23,299 nt of DNA from Paramicrosporidium saccamoebae KSL3 (GCA_002794465.1 MTSL01000137.1:1-23299); one strand, 5' to 3'. Positions 11,200 through 22,198 are shown, counted from the first letter of the stretch. Made by a program: numbers and translations. The notes: generated by a model from the sequence alone, not told the origin.

Positions 11200-11297
11200 G
11201 TAGGTAGGTAGCCAGGTGGCCAGGTAGATAAGTAGGTAAGCAGGTAGGTAGAGTTTCTGATCCGTACAAGGCTTCTGATCCGTACGAGGTTTCTGAT
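11200..11297. repeat. Degenerate (AGGT)n tract followed by ~2.4 copies of an 18-bp unit
   Basis: gtaggtaggtagccaggtggccaggtagataagtaggtaagcaggtaggtag (11200-11251); ttctgatccgtac at 11255 and 11273, ttctgat at 11291 (period 18). Confidence 0.75.
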
Positions 11298-11390
11298 TGT
11301 AATAAAGGCCCCTTTATCTCTGATTAATAAATGCCAAGATGTGTACTATCCATCACCTATACCTTTGTTCACGATCAGAGACCCTTTATC

Positions 11391-11420
11391 CACATCCACA
11401 TTTACATTTACATTGACATT
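11391..11420. repeat. 5x6-bp microsatellite (NACATY)
   Basis: cacatc cacatt tacatt tacatt gacatt. Confidence 0.7.
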
Positions 11421-11507
11421 TTAACGTTCGTCTCACCTGCATACTTTTCCTTTTTGGGAAGCGTTGACTTGACTACTGGACATATTAATTGGCGCGCATT
11501 GTCAACC

Positions 11508-12629
11508 ATGGCCATGAAACGTTGCCTTTTGTTCATCGTTCTGCCTGGTCTCTCGGCAGACTGCACAGCTCATGATTACTGCCAAGCCCCGTTTCCCACA
11601 GTTGAATCTTACACTCGACCTGCTGGTATGAGTCTGCGTCATGTCTCCGTGGTACTGCGTCATGGTGATAGAACCCCCATCGAACCCCTCTCCAGCCATT
11701 TGGACAATTGGGGTGCTCTGATCGACCCTGCCACTCTACAGGACCAGCAGTTTCCGTTTCGTGGCTATGAGGGCCTTCTCACTCGTACTGGTCAGGACCA
11801 GCATATCCGTCTTGGCGCCTCATTGCGGGAGATATATGATGAATTTCTGCCCAATCCGTATTTGGGCGGGCTGCGTGTCCGATGCACTCATTTCAGTCGT
11901 ACCTTTCAATCAGCCCGGTCGTTCCTTCGCGGGCTGTATCCCGTCAATGCTGACGTCATTCCTGTAGAGGTGCAGCACACTGTCCCCATTTTAGTAGAAA
12001 ATCGACAAGACTGTCCAAGACTGACGCAGCTCGTCAAACGACACCAAAGTAATGCCCTTTATAAACACCTCCAACAGGAAATGCAACGTTTGCAGCAGCA
12101 AATGCACACCTCCATGTCCTTTTTCAATCTCGCGGATAACCATTTCTGTCGGAAATGCCACGACCGCGTCGTGGAGGATGAGGAGATATGTCGGGTCTCG
12201 AGGGATGCATTCCGCTTTCTACTACAGCATTCGGCCCAGGACCGCGAATTGGCAAAACTGCAGACCGGCTCCACTATTTCCGCCCTCCTTGCTCAGCTTA
12301 CTACATCGGACTCTATGGACATTTTCGCCGCCCATGACTCTACCATTGCTTATTTGCACAGTTCATTGCAAACTGGGCATTACGAATGGCCACCTTATGC
12401 TGCCAATATGCTGTTTGAGGTATGGCAGCAGACAGAAAGTGTCCCCGCAGATTCTGAATCGCCATCATTCGTCCGAGTCCTCTACAACGGCAAAACTATT
12501 GCTCTCCCATGGTGTCAATCCGATCAGCAACTCTGTCCACTGCATATCTTTGTCCAATTCCTCTCCACCCTTGTCCCAACCAATTTCCGCTCCGAATGCC
12601 AGCCTTGTATATATGGCGAGCCCTTTTAG
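11508..12629 (+). CDS. Secreted/lysosomal histidine acid phosphatase (branch 2, ACP2/ACP6-like)
   Basis: RHGDRTP catalytic motif, RCTHFSRTFQSA, AHD motif, PPYAANMLFEVW and VRVLYNG; signal peptide M(A)MKRCLLFIVLPGLSA. Start chosen at ATG 11508 (or 11514). Confidence 0.88.
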   Translation: MAMKRCLLFIVLPGLSADCTAHDYCQAPFPTVESYTRPAGMSLRHVSVVLRHGDRTPIEPLSSHLDNWGALIDPATLQDQQFPFRGYEGLLTRTGQDQHIRLGASLREIYDEFLPNPYLGGLRVRCTHFSRTFQSARSFLRGLYPVNADVIPVEVQHTVPILVENRQDCPRLTQLVKRHQSNALYKHLQQEMQRLQQQMHTSMSFFNLADNHFCRKCHDRVVEDEEICRVSRDAFRFLLQHSAQDRELAKLQTGSTISALLAQLTTSDSMDIFAAHDSTIAYLHSSLQTGHYEWPPYAANMLFEVWQQTESVPADSESPSFVRVLYNGKTIALPWCQSDQQLCPLHIFVQFLSTLVPTNFRSECQPCIYGEPF

Positions 12630-12929
12630 ATTAATACAGTCCATAGCGATAGTGATATAGGTTCAAACTAGTTGTATGGCTCATGGACCTGTGGTGCAAA
12701 AGTATGTATAGCATGGCAATTTGTGATTTGGCCACCTAAAGGTCGAGTTAAGTTATTGCCACAGCATCCACAGACTGTAGACGACTACTATTAACACGCC
12801 AATAGACATTAGCAGTGGATATCGTCTCTCAGCCAATCAGCATATCCTCTAAACCACCTACTCACACCACACACCCCCACTTATTAAGAAGAGTCGTAAT
12901 TTATTTGTTGTAGAGGAGACTTGCAAGAA

Positions 12930-14312
12930 TTACTTCTTGGCACCAGCCTTGACAGCAGACTTGGTAACCTTGGAGGCAGCACGGTCAACCTTCTCAACCT
13001 CCTTGATGACACCGACGGCAACGGTCTGACGCATATCACGGACGGCGAAACGACCAAGAGGCGGGTACTCAGTGTAGGACTCAACACAGAGAGGCTTCAT
13101 GGGCACCATCTTGACAAGGGCAGCATCGCCAGACTTGACGGAGGCGGGGGTCTCCTCAGTGGTCTTGTTGGTGCGGCGATCAATCTTGGCCAAAAGTTCG
13201 GAGAACTTGCAGGAAATATGGGCAGTGTGACAATCAATGACGGGAGTGTATCCAGCAGTGATCTGACCAGGATGGTTCAACACAATAACCTGGGCAACGA
13301 AAGAACCGGCCTCCTTGGCGGGGTCGTTCTTGGTGTCAGAGGTGACGAAACCACGACGAACATCCTTGACGGAGATGTTCTTAACGTTGAAACCAACATT
13401 GTCTCCGGGGGCACCCTCAGGCACAGACTCGTGATGCATCTCAACAGACTTGACTTCAGTAGTCACACCAGCGGGGGAGAAGTTGACAACCATACCGGGC
13501 TTAATGCAGCCAGTCTCAACACGACCAACGGGCACAGTTCCGATACCACCAATCTTGTAGACGTCCTGGAGAGGAAGACGGAGGGGCTTCTCAACGGGGC
13601 GGGACGGGGGCTCAATGGCGTCAATGGCCTCAATGAGGGTCTTGACGGTCTTGTTTCCACCAGTGCGAACAACTTCGCATCCCTTCCACCACGGCATGTT
13701 GGTGGTGGCCTCAATCATGTTATCTCCGAGCCATCCAGACAGGGGGATCATGGCAACGTTCTCCGGCTTGTATCCAACCTTCTTCAAGAACTTTTGGACT
13801 TCACCGCAGATTTCCTTGTAACGCTCCTCAGACCAGCCGCAGGTGTCCATCTTGTTGACGGCAACAATGAGCTGCTTAACACCGAGGGTGTAGGCGAGGA
13901 GGGCGTGCTCACAGGTCTGACCTTCCTTGGAGATACCAGCCTCGAACTCACCAATGTTGGCAGAGATGGAGAGGACGGCACAGTCGGCCTGGGAGGTACC
14001 AGTGATCATGTTCTTGATGAAATCACGATGGCCGGGGGCGTCGATGACGGTCACGTAGAACTTGGGGGTCTCGAACTTGGAGAGGGCAGCGTCGATGGTG
14101 ATACCACGCTCACGCTCAGCCTTCAAGTTGTCGAGCACCCAGGCGTACTTGAAAGAACCCTTGCCCATCTCGTTAGCCTCCTTCTCGAACTTTTCAATGG
14201 TACGCTTGTCGATACCACCGCACTTGTAGATAAGATGTCCAGTGGTGGTGGATTTGCCAGAGTCGACGTGTCCGATGACGACAATGTTGATGTGAGTCTT
14301 TTCTTTTCCCAT
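12930..14312 (-). CDS. TEF1: Translation elongation factor 1-alpha (canonical EF1A, intronless)
   Basis: [60 protein letters not shown]; has the 12-aa opisthokont insertion ([18 protein letters not shown]). AATAAA at 12900-12905 (minus), about 25 nt past the stop. Confidence 0.99.
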   Translation of the reverse strand: MGKEKTHINIVVIGHVDSGKSTTTGHLIYKCGGIDKRTIEKFEKEANEMGKGSFKYAWVLDNLKAERERGITIDAALSKFETPKFYVTVIDAPGHRDFIKNMITGTSQADCAVLSISANIGEFEAGISKEGQTCEHALLAYTLGVKQLIVAVNKMDTCGWSEERYKEICGEVQKFLKKVGYKPENVAMIPLSGWLGDNMIEATTNMPWWKGCEVVRTGGNKTVKTLIEAIDAIEPPSRPVEKPLRLPLQDVYKIGGIGTVPVGRVETGCIKPGMVVNFSPAGVTTEVKSVEMHHESVPEGAPGDNVGFNVKNISVKDVRRGFVTSDTKNDPAKEAGSFVAQVIVLNHPGQITAGYTPVIDCHTAHISCKFSELLAKIDRRTNKTTEETPASVKSGDAALVKMVPMKPLCVESYTEYPPLGRFAVRDMRQTVAVGVIKEVEKVDRAASKVTKSAVKAGAKK

Positions 14313-14586
14313 TTCGGTGTTTTAGGATGGATGAACTAAAAGTCTAGAGGATGGTTTCCTAAGCAAAGCCTGCCGTAGACGAATCTTGCACCCCTGGTCG
14401 GTCGTATTATATGCGCCCGAGGATAATCCCTGGTAATTTCGGTTCCGCAGTTGTGATTGGTGGAGAGATCCGGTTGTGCTCATTGGATGCCCATATCAAG
14501 GGCATGAACGTCCCCTCCTATTGGTATAAATATGGCGCTCGAAGGGATGGTTGGGTCCCGCTTAAAAAGGAAACGAATAAGAGCGC
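14313..14586. promoter_or_regulatory. Divergent promoter region between EF1A and BTN1
   Basis: Head-to-head genes; TATAAATA at about 14525-14532. Confidence 0.4.
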
Positions 14587-15822
14587 ATGTCACATATAGT
14601 GTCAATGGGATACCAAACGGTCATGAACGAAGACCAAATAGACACGGCACCACTGGCGACTTTGCCTGAGACACCGCTGCATTGCAGTAGACACAATCTC
14701 GCCGCATTCTTTATCTTTGGGCTTGTGAACAATGTCATCTATGTGATCTTTCTCTCTGCCGCCGCTGATATACTGGAGAAGCAACAGAACATTCGGAAAA
14801 GTGCAGTGCTCCTTGCCAACATTCTGCCGTGCTTCCTGGTAAAGCTGATTGCTCCGTATTTTGTGCGGATTATCCCCTATAGATTCATGGTGGGCGCTTG
14901 TGTGACGCTTTCCACCTTGTCGCTGTTGTCTGTAGCCTGGTTGGATCCAATCTGGCTAAAATTTGTCGGGATCCTGCTAGCCTCATTGAGCTCTGGACTT
15001 GGAGAGACTGCCTTTCTTGCTCTGACGAGTTACTACCACCCTCGAGTCATCATCTATTGGAGCAGCGGGACGGGTGCCGCGGGAATCATCGGTTCTGTGT
15101 ACTACGTTTTGTTCAGCAGCGTCTTTGAATTTGGAATGAGGACAATCTTGACGCTAGCCTGCATTCTGCCAGTCTTGATGTCACTCTCCTATGCCTTTTT
15201 GTTACAAAAGGAGCATGACGACATTCAAGTTTCCGAAGAGGAGCTATCTCCAAAGCCAAAAGTTGTTGATGTCTCCTTTGGGAGTCGCATTAGAACGATT
15301 AGACCGCTCATTTTACGCTATATTCTCCCCCTCTTTCTCGTCTATTATGCAGAATACACTATCAACCAAGGGGTCTTTTTCAGTCTCTTCTATCCGCTAG
15401 AGGGTACGCCCTTTAAGCACTACAATGATCATTACAAGACCTACTCTGCCATCTATCAAATTGGGGTGTTCATCAGTAGGACATTTGGTCGACTTGTTCC
15501 CGTCTCCAACAGTTGGATATTTGCCATCCTGCAATGTGTCATGTTGGTTCTGCTCTCTTGCGAGGTCGTGTTCAGCTACATTGGCCAGATATGGATAATT
15601 TTCGCCATGATCCTACTCGAGGGACTGCTGGGCGGGGCGGCCTATGTGAATACTTTTTGTAATATAACCGAGCAGGTCGATCCGTCCAATTTGGAATTTT
15701 CCATGGCCTTTGCAGGAATTGCGGACAGTTCGGGGATTGGTCTGGCTGGCTTTACGTGTCTCTTCTTTGAGCCATTCCTCTGCCAGCGCAACTCGCTCTG
15801 CCGTATAAACAGAAATTTATAA
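14587..15822 (+). CDS. BTN1: Battenin / CLN3 / Btn1 vacuolar MFS-like membrane protein
   Basis: FFIFGLVNNVIYVIFLSAAADIL, VLLANILPCFLVKLIAP, SLSSGLGETAFL, WSSGTGAAG, YILPLFLVYYAEYTINQG, YQIGVFISR, EGLLGGAAYVNTF. Start could also be ATG 14605 or 14623. Confidence 0.93.
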   Translation: MSHIVSMGYQTVMNEDQIDTAPLATLPETPLHCSRHNLAAFFIFGLVNNVIYVIFLSAAADILEKQQNIRKSAVLLANILPCFLVKLIAPYFVRIIPYRFMVGACVTLSTLSLLSVAWLDPIWLKFVGILLASLSSGLGETAFLALTSYYHPRVIIYWSSGTGAAGIIGSVYYVLFSSVFEFGMRTILTLACILPVLMSLSYAFLLQKEHDDIQVSEEELSPKPKVVDVSFGSRIRTIRPLILRYILPLFLVYYAEYTINQGVFFSLFYPLEGTPFKHYNDHYKTYSAIYQIGVFISRTFGRLVPVSNSWIFAILQCVMLVLLSCEVVFSYIGQIWIIFAMILLEGLLGGAAYVNTFCNITEQVDPSNLEFSMAFAGIADSSGIGLAGFTCLFFEPFLCQRNSLCRINRNL

Positions 15823-16205
15823 TAAAGTTGTTCACGAGTGTGAGTTTGGAGTTTGAGTGAAATGTGAGATGCAAGACGTAAAGCGTAAGACGTGAGGATT
15901 CTACTTGTGTACAGCAACTACTATCCCGCACAGTGAAAGAGTTGGTTTTGTGAGGCAGAATGTCTTTTATAGGATAAATTCTTTCACATGTCCGTGCTCT
16001 AAAAAGATTATCATCTCCTGAACACGGATTCATTCATCTGGGCATAATCTGGAGAAATATTGTCACCTCTTGAACGCAGATTCATCTAATCGTGCTCTAG
16101 ACATTAATTGGTTCACTACGTATTGCCACTCGTAAACGAATACTGCTCAACAGGATATTTTACTATCTGCACTGAATTATATGCGACATGACAAGATTGC
16201 GTGGC

Positions 16206-16832
16206 CTAGTTGTTGGCCGACTTGAAGTACTCGAGGGATCCTTTGGGATCTGCCTTCATGCTCTTCTGGCCGGGTTTCCAGTTAGCCGGACAGACCTCTC
16301 CGTGCTTGTCGGTAAACTGGATGGCCTGCACCACACGTAGCGCCTCGTCTACACTGCGTCCAATTGGCAAATCGTTAATGGTCGCATGTCTCACCACACC
16401 CTTTCCATCGATGATGAACAGTCCGCGCACCGCCACCGACTCATCCCACAACACGCCAAAGCTGCGCGCAATCTCCTTTTTAACGTCCGAAACGAGCGGA
16501 ATATTCATTGGGCTTAGACCACCCTTCTCACGGGGAGTATTTGCCCAGGCCAAATGCGAGTACTCGCTGTCCACGGAAATGCCAATTACTTCGGCGCCAA
16601 GATCCTTAAACTCTTTGGCGCGGTCACTGAAGGCAATGAGCTCCGTGGGACAGACAAAGGTAAAGTCGAGCGGGTAGAAGAGGAGCACCTGGAACTTGTC
16701 CTTGTAATCCTTGGAGCACAGCTCTTTAATTTCCCCATTGACGACAGCCTTTCCCGACCAGGCGGGGGCATTATGCTTAACAAGGAGGGCGGGTGCACTG
16801 GAAATTGATCCGCAGGACATGTTAGATGGCAT
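16206..16832 (-). CDS. TSA1: Typical 2-Cys peroxiredoxin (AhpC/TSA, Prx1 subfamily)
   Basis: [13 protein letters not shown] (peroxidatic Cys), [27 protein letters not shown] (resolving Cys). Track start 16835 is TTG; ATG at 16832 or 16820. Confidence 0.96.
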   Translation of the reverse strand: MPSNMSCGSISSAPALLVKHNAPAWSGKAVVNGEIKELCSKDYKDKFQVLLFYPLDFTFVCPTELIAFSDRAKEFKDLGAEVIGISVDSEYSHLAWANTPREKGGLSPMNIPLVSDVKKEIARSFGVLWDESVAVRGLFIIDGKGVVRHATINDLPIGRSVDEALRVVQAIQFTDKHGEVCPANWKPGQKSMKADPKGSLEYFKSANN

Positions 16833-16913
16833 CAACGTTGCGAGGTAATTTAAACTAAACGCGGAATTAATCGGTTATGCCGTTTCTTTTCCCACGCGAC
16901 CCCAAGCGTGTCT

Positions 16914-17444
16914 ATGGACAAGAGGTGGCCATCAAGCTCCAGTAGTTCCCATGTCGCCAGTGCCTCCTACAATCTCCGTCCGTTCAAGGATTTTGTGATT
17001 TTCGAAGAGCGCATTCGACAGAATCTAGCTAACCTACACAAGATGCGGTACAAACTACGCTGTCGGATATTGGTCCTTTTCCTGGCCCTCTTCCTGCTTC
17101 TACTTTTGCATGTGCGCTTTGTTACTCTAAGCGCAATTCTGACCAGTCCCACCCTACTGACTATGCTTGGCCTGCTACTCCTGTATGCGGCACTCGTCAC
17201 TGTCATTGTGTTCCTCTGTCTCTCGTTGCAGACGTGGAAGAACTCTCTGGTCAAGCGATACGAGGAACAATGTCAAAAGACGCTTCGGCACTTTAACCTG
17301 CAGTTGACTTATGGCACTGACAAGGAACTCACCTTTTTTAAACGTCTGCCCCGTCGGTTGGCAGAGTTGCTAGAAGCGTTTCGTATTGAATTCCGGGCGA
17401 GGCGAGCATTACAATCAAATGTCGGGACCAAAAAGCCCAAATAA
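16914..17444 (+). CDS. SPO7: Spo7-like regulatory subunit of the Nem1-Spo7 (CTDNEP1-CNEP1R1) phosphatase
   Basis: FKDFVIFEERIRQN resembles the recalled Spo7 F(K/R)NLLI(F/L)EE.L motif, followed by two hydrophobic helices and QKTLRHFNLQL (compare NR.LR.FN..L). Assignment is from memory of the family. Confidence 0.65.
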   Translation: MDKRWPSSSSSSHVASASYNLRPFKDFVIFEERIRQNLANLHKMRYKLRCRILVLFLALFLLLLLHVRFVTLSAILTSPTLLTMLGLLLLYAALVTVIVFLCLSLQTWKNSLVKRYEEQCQKTLRHFNLQLTYGTDKELTFFKRLPRRLAELLEAFRIEFRARRALQSNVGTKKPK

Positions 17445-17643
17445 ACTCTTTATATATGGCAAGCGCTACGATCTGGTCTATGGGGTAGGTACTGTTTAGA
17501 CCACAATAGGAATGCAATCGAATTTGGGGTTCAAGAGGACGACTAGACTATGACTATATTGCTGGTGGAGACAAAGGCAACTATTGTTTAGACCACAATA
17601 AGAGTGCGATCAAATGTTGAGACCAAGTTACTCTTTATATATG
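17445..17643. mobile_element. 171-bp insertion (17459-17629) bounded by a 14-bp direct repeat (TSD-like), containing two 34-bp internal direct repeats
   Basis: ACTCTTTATATATG at 17445-17458 and 17630-17643; internal repeats 17490-17523 and 17582-17615 (29/34 identical, core TGTTTAGACCACAATA exact). Confidence 0.55.
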
Positions 17644-18102
17644 ACATGTGTTACGACCCGTTTTACGGATGTATTGTTGATGGTACTCTTCCGCGGGATA
17701 GAAAACGGAGGCAGGTACTATTTGAGTCACAATAGGATTGCTAATCTTTTGTTGCTGCTCCGACAGGCTCGCTTTGGCTTGAGCGTGTTGATCCTCGTCG
17801 TGGTAGAAAATGGCTGAGCGATATTGCGAACCAGAGTCTGGGCCTTGTCTGTTCATTGTCGTTGGATTATGAATTCGCCAGAATATACCCAACAAGTCTC
17901 CGTAAGTTGTCGTTTGCGGGTCGTATGCAACTTTGACAGCCTCTGCATGGCCTGTATTGCCAGTGCATACCATCGCATATGTTGGACTGGCCGTAGTTCC
18001 CCCAGTATATCCAACCTGTGTGGATATAATCTTGCCTGAAGATAAAAAGGCTTCTTCTACTCCCCAGAAACAGCCAGCCGCAAACGTTGCCAGCTTATGC
18101 AT
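17635..18102 (-). CDS. msrA: Peptide methionine sulfoxide reductase MsrA (short form, 155 aa)
   Basis: [56 protein letters not shown]; ATG at 18102. Confidence 0.96.
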   Translation of the reverse strand: MHKLATFAAGCFWGVEEAFLSSGKIISTQVGYTGGTTASPTYAMVCTGNTGHAEAVKVAYDPQTTTYGDLLGIFWRIHNPTTMNRQGPDSGSQYRSAIFYHDEDQHAQAKASLSEQQQKISNPIVTQIVPASVFYPAEEYHQQYIRKTGRNTCHI

Positions 18103-19520
<1,418 letters not shown>

Positions 19521-19525
19521 AGCAA

Positions 19526-20002
19526 CTAGTCATCTCGATGATCCATAGGCACTTTCGACGGTAACTTGCACTCTAAGGAGCTATGTTTCTTGTAGTGTTT
19601 TCCTAGCTTTCGCATCAAAAGGCCAACTTTCCAATCTACCTCGTCGCCTTCCTTTTTCAATTTCTCCTCCACCTCCCTCTGCTTCCCATCCCATCGATCC
19701 GCATCTTTGCCCCTCCCACTATTTCTGAGATGCTTTTTGTAGTGCTGATCTAATGAGTGGGGAGTGGCTGTACGACGATATCGGCGCAGTGGACGTACGT
19801 CATTGTCCAGTTCGAAGCTATAGGTAGCCGATGCAGAAATGGTCTCTGTCGTGGACGCTGACACGAAAGAGTCGGTATGTGCACTTATTTTGTCGCCACC
19901 GTTGAGGAAGCTGAACATTTTGCCAAAGAAGCGGAAAAGGCCAAGGCTCTTTTTAGCTACTACAAAAGGGCATACGCAGATTAGCACGACGACAAACTTC
20001 AT
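19526..20002 (-). CDS. Small orphan protein with signal peptide, basic/charged C-terminal half (158 aa)
   Basis: MKFVVVLICVCPFVVA is a classical hydrophobic signal sequence; Ser/Thr-rich stretch, RPLRRYRR, HYKKH twice; no family recognised. Confidence 0.65.
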   Translation of the reverse strand: MKFVVVLICVCPFVVAKKSLGLFRFFGKMFSFLNGGDKISAHTDSFVSASTTETISASATYSFELDNDVRPLRRYRRTATPHSLDQHYKKHLRNSGRGKDADRWDGKQREVEEKLKKEGDEVDWKVGLLMRKLGKHYKKHSSLECKLPSKVPMDHRDD

Positions 20003-20143
20003 CAGTGAGGCTGGCTGTACAAGCCGGGTGGCTTGTGCCACTCATTTTTGTTTATCGATCATTTGGATAGAGAGGGCAAATTGTTGGTTAACGGTAAAGC
20101 TCTTTGTTAAATTATGCGATGCCCATTATTTAGGGGATGAGGA

Positions 20144-21694
20144 TTAAGATGAGTCCAAGTCCGAGTATGAAGAGTTTGATTCGTAGCTCGCAGATCTGCC
20201 ATTTTCAGCTTCCTCACACCACTGATAGGAACTGTCCACCATTCTCCTAATGTCTTTTGGTGTCAAGCTTCCCAATATACACAGAGACTTTAGTTCGGTT
20301 TCGAGCATATCAGACAGTGTTGAATTACCCGGAAAAAGCTCGGTGGCCCAAACTTTCCATTTATTGGGCGTCTTCTTCGTCGGAAACATGAAAGAAAACC
20401 CCAGCTTTTCCTTCTCTAGTATTAGATACGGCCATGACTGCAATATTTGAATAACTTCATCTACTCCAAGAGCTTTCCCTCCATATATCAAGCTCTTAAC
20501 ATTGTCGATTATGGCGCGTCCAATGGGTTTCCCTTGAAAAGTCCAGTTTAAGGGTAAAAGTTGGTTTTCACTAATAACTTCAGAGACAGCGAGCATATCA
20601 TCAGCGTCGAACAAACGTTTATAGACATGAAAAGGCGATTTGCGCAACCAAGTTTGGCGACAAGTTTCAGGAGGCATCAGGCTCATCGGTATGAAGCTAG
20701 GTGGTGTTATTGCAACTAATCGATCCACGAAAGCTTTACAAGCAACGGCACATTCGGCAATCAAATCTCCCATTGTCCAGTTGTACAGGCCGTCTTTCGG
20801 GACAAATTCAGCAACCCAACAGAGCATAGTTGAATCCTTCTCTTCATACCAGTCATCCATTCCCGCCGATACCATCAATTCCCAGTAGCTCCGATCGGTC
20901 CTGCCGCTATAATTCGATTGCAGTGTGTCCCAACACGTGTATAACGGCTCACCATCACGATCATGGATAAAGTCTTGTATAGATTCCTTGGCGCCTTCAG
21001 ACATCAATGTAAGCATTGGTGCTCCCTCTACAGTCATACGGCCCACCAGTTGATCCAAACGGGACAGTTCTCGTAGCTTGGAAAAAAGTGTAGTAAGCAA
21101 CCTTTCGCCTTTTCCCGCACGACCCAAGCGGCCCATCACGTCTGAAGTGATATTTTCAAGTCCAAACATCTCAAAAATCCGAAGTGCCATGTCCTCAGTT
21201 GGATTTGGCCCAAGTAACTCGTCTATCCAATCAAACGACTGCATATTTTCAGCCTGTGTGGCCATAGCGTGTTCCATAATCTGCCATCGGATGATTTTAT
21301 CAGGTGGGAGCTCAAGCGGCTCATCGAAAATGTTGCCATAGTATTTTAGCTTTTTGGATAGAAAGAACGCGTCAGTCCAGTCGGGATTGGCAAAGACCAT
21401 GTCGGCAGAGAAAATAGTATCATGGAGAGTCTTGTCAGACACGTAACTCAGGAGGGCGGCGCTCCGTTCCTCAGTCTCTTGAGCTACGTAAAGATAGTGA
21501 TAGTCGTGATCTAGAAGTCTTAGAACTTGTGCCGCTCGGTAGAGGTTGGCTTGGTCCACAGTGAATGAACGAAATATAGCCTGTATCTGGCCCTTTGAAC
21601 ACTTTTGTAGCAACTCATCTGGGGTCACGTGTATTACGAACGCACCACTATTTGCGCAACACAGAAGCCAGAGCAGGATTTTGTAGCACCACAT
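20144..21694 (-). CDS. Orphan secreted protein, tandem paralogue 1 (516 aa, intronless)
   Basis: Long ORF; MWCYKILLWLLCCANSGA signal-like start at ATG 21694; clear colinear paralogy with the ORF at 22199-23299. Confidence 0.8.
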   Translation of the reverse strand: MWCYKILLWLLCCANSGAFVIHVTPDELLQKCSKGQIQAIFRSFTVDQANLYRAAQVLRLLDHDYHYLYVAQETEERSAALLSYVSDKTLHDTIFSADMVFANPDWTDAFFLSKKLKYYGNIFDEPLELPPDKIIRWQIMEHAMATQAENMQSFDWIDELLGPNPTEDMALRIFEMFGLENITSDVMGRLGRAGKGERLLTTLFSKLRELSRLDQLVGRMTVEGAPMLTLMSEGAKESIQDFIHDRDGEPLYTCWDTLQSNYSGRTDRSYWELMVSAGMDDWYEEKDSTMLCWVAEFVPKDGLYNWTMGDLIAECAVACKAFVDRLVAITPPSFIPMSLMPPETCRQTWLRKSPFHVYKRLFDADDMLAVSEVISENQLLPLNWTFQGKPIGRAIIDNVKSLIYGGKALGVDEVIQILQSWPYLILEKEKLGFSFMFPTKKTPNKWKVWATELFPGNSTLSDMLETELKSLCILGSLTPKDIRRMVDSSYQWCEEAENGRSASYESNSSYSDLDSS

Positions 21695-21800
21695 TCCCTG
21701 GTCAAAACAGTTGCGAAGGTTCCTAATAACCATTCTAATACATGATTTACTGGGTGCTGCACACAATGTTCAAGTAAAGACCCCGTTAAACAGTATCCAC

Positions 21801-22083
21801 TTGTCGCATAGTGGGGATAATACTACAGACGGGCAGGGGAGGTTGTTCACTGCTAATCCTAGAATAGTATGGATGCACATGCCGCGTAGTGGGGATGATG
21901 CCATGACCCAAGTCATGCGGAAACCTGTTCATTGCTAATTCTAGAATAATATGGATACACATCTCGCTGTCCTTAGATAGCCAGCAAAGCGATCCACTCT
22001 AGCACTCAAATACCCAGCAACTAGGTCTTCTCCAAACTAGGGAATTATCTTCAATACCCAACTAATCAATCCTCTACGTCACA
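21801..22083 (-). repeat. Dispersed repeat, copy B (inverted relative to copy A), with an internal ~80-bp tandem duplication
   Basis: Blocks shared with 3881-4052; internal direct repeat 21844-21880 vs 21926-21962 (33/37) and 21806-21821 vs 21884-21899. Confidence 0.9.
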
Positions 22084-22198
22084 CATATATAGGCGTGCTA
22101 TCCCACATCAAGCTACTTAGTAGATTACGTGATGCCCTTTATTTAGTGGGTTAGGGCGAGGATAAGGGCGGGGGTAAAGGTGAGGAGGAGGGGCTTGA

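Noticed and set aside
11331-11507. 59-aa N-terminal extension of the phosphatase ORF
   Set aside because: It runs through a microsatellite (IHIHIYIYIDI) and would mask the signal peptide at 11508/11514; likely non-coding.
12930-14312. Possibility of EFL rather than canonical EF1A
   Set aside because: The sequence follows canonical EF1A throughout and lacks the EFL-type insertions.
12921-14339. 472-aa ORF on the + strand overlapping EF1A
   Set aside because: It is the antisense frame of EF1A; staying open is the expected by-product of strong codon bias (avoidance of TTA/CTA/TCA). No protein-like motifs.
15823-16205. Longer intergenic gaps (here and 12630-12929) searched for tRNA, 5S or snRNA genes
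   Set aside because: No T-loop GTTCRA/B-box, U6 ACAGAGA core or clear extended repeats were found by eye; only short chance-level matches. An Infernal/tRNAscan-SE run would be decisive.
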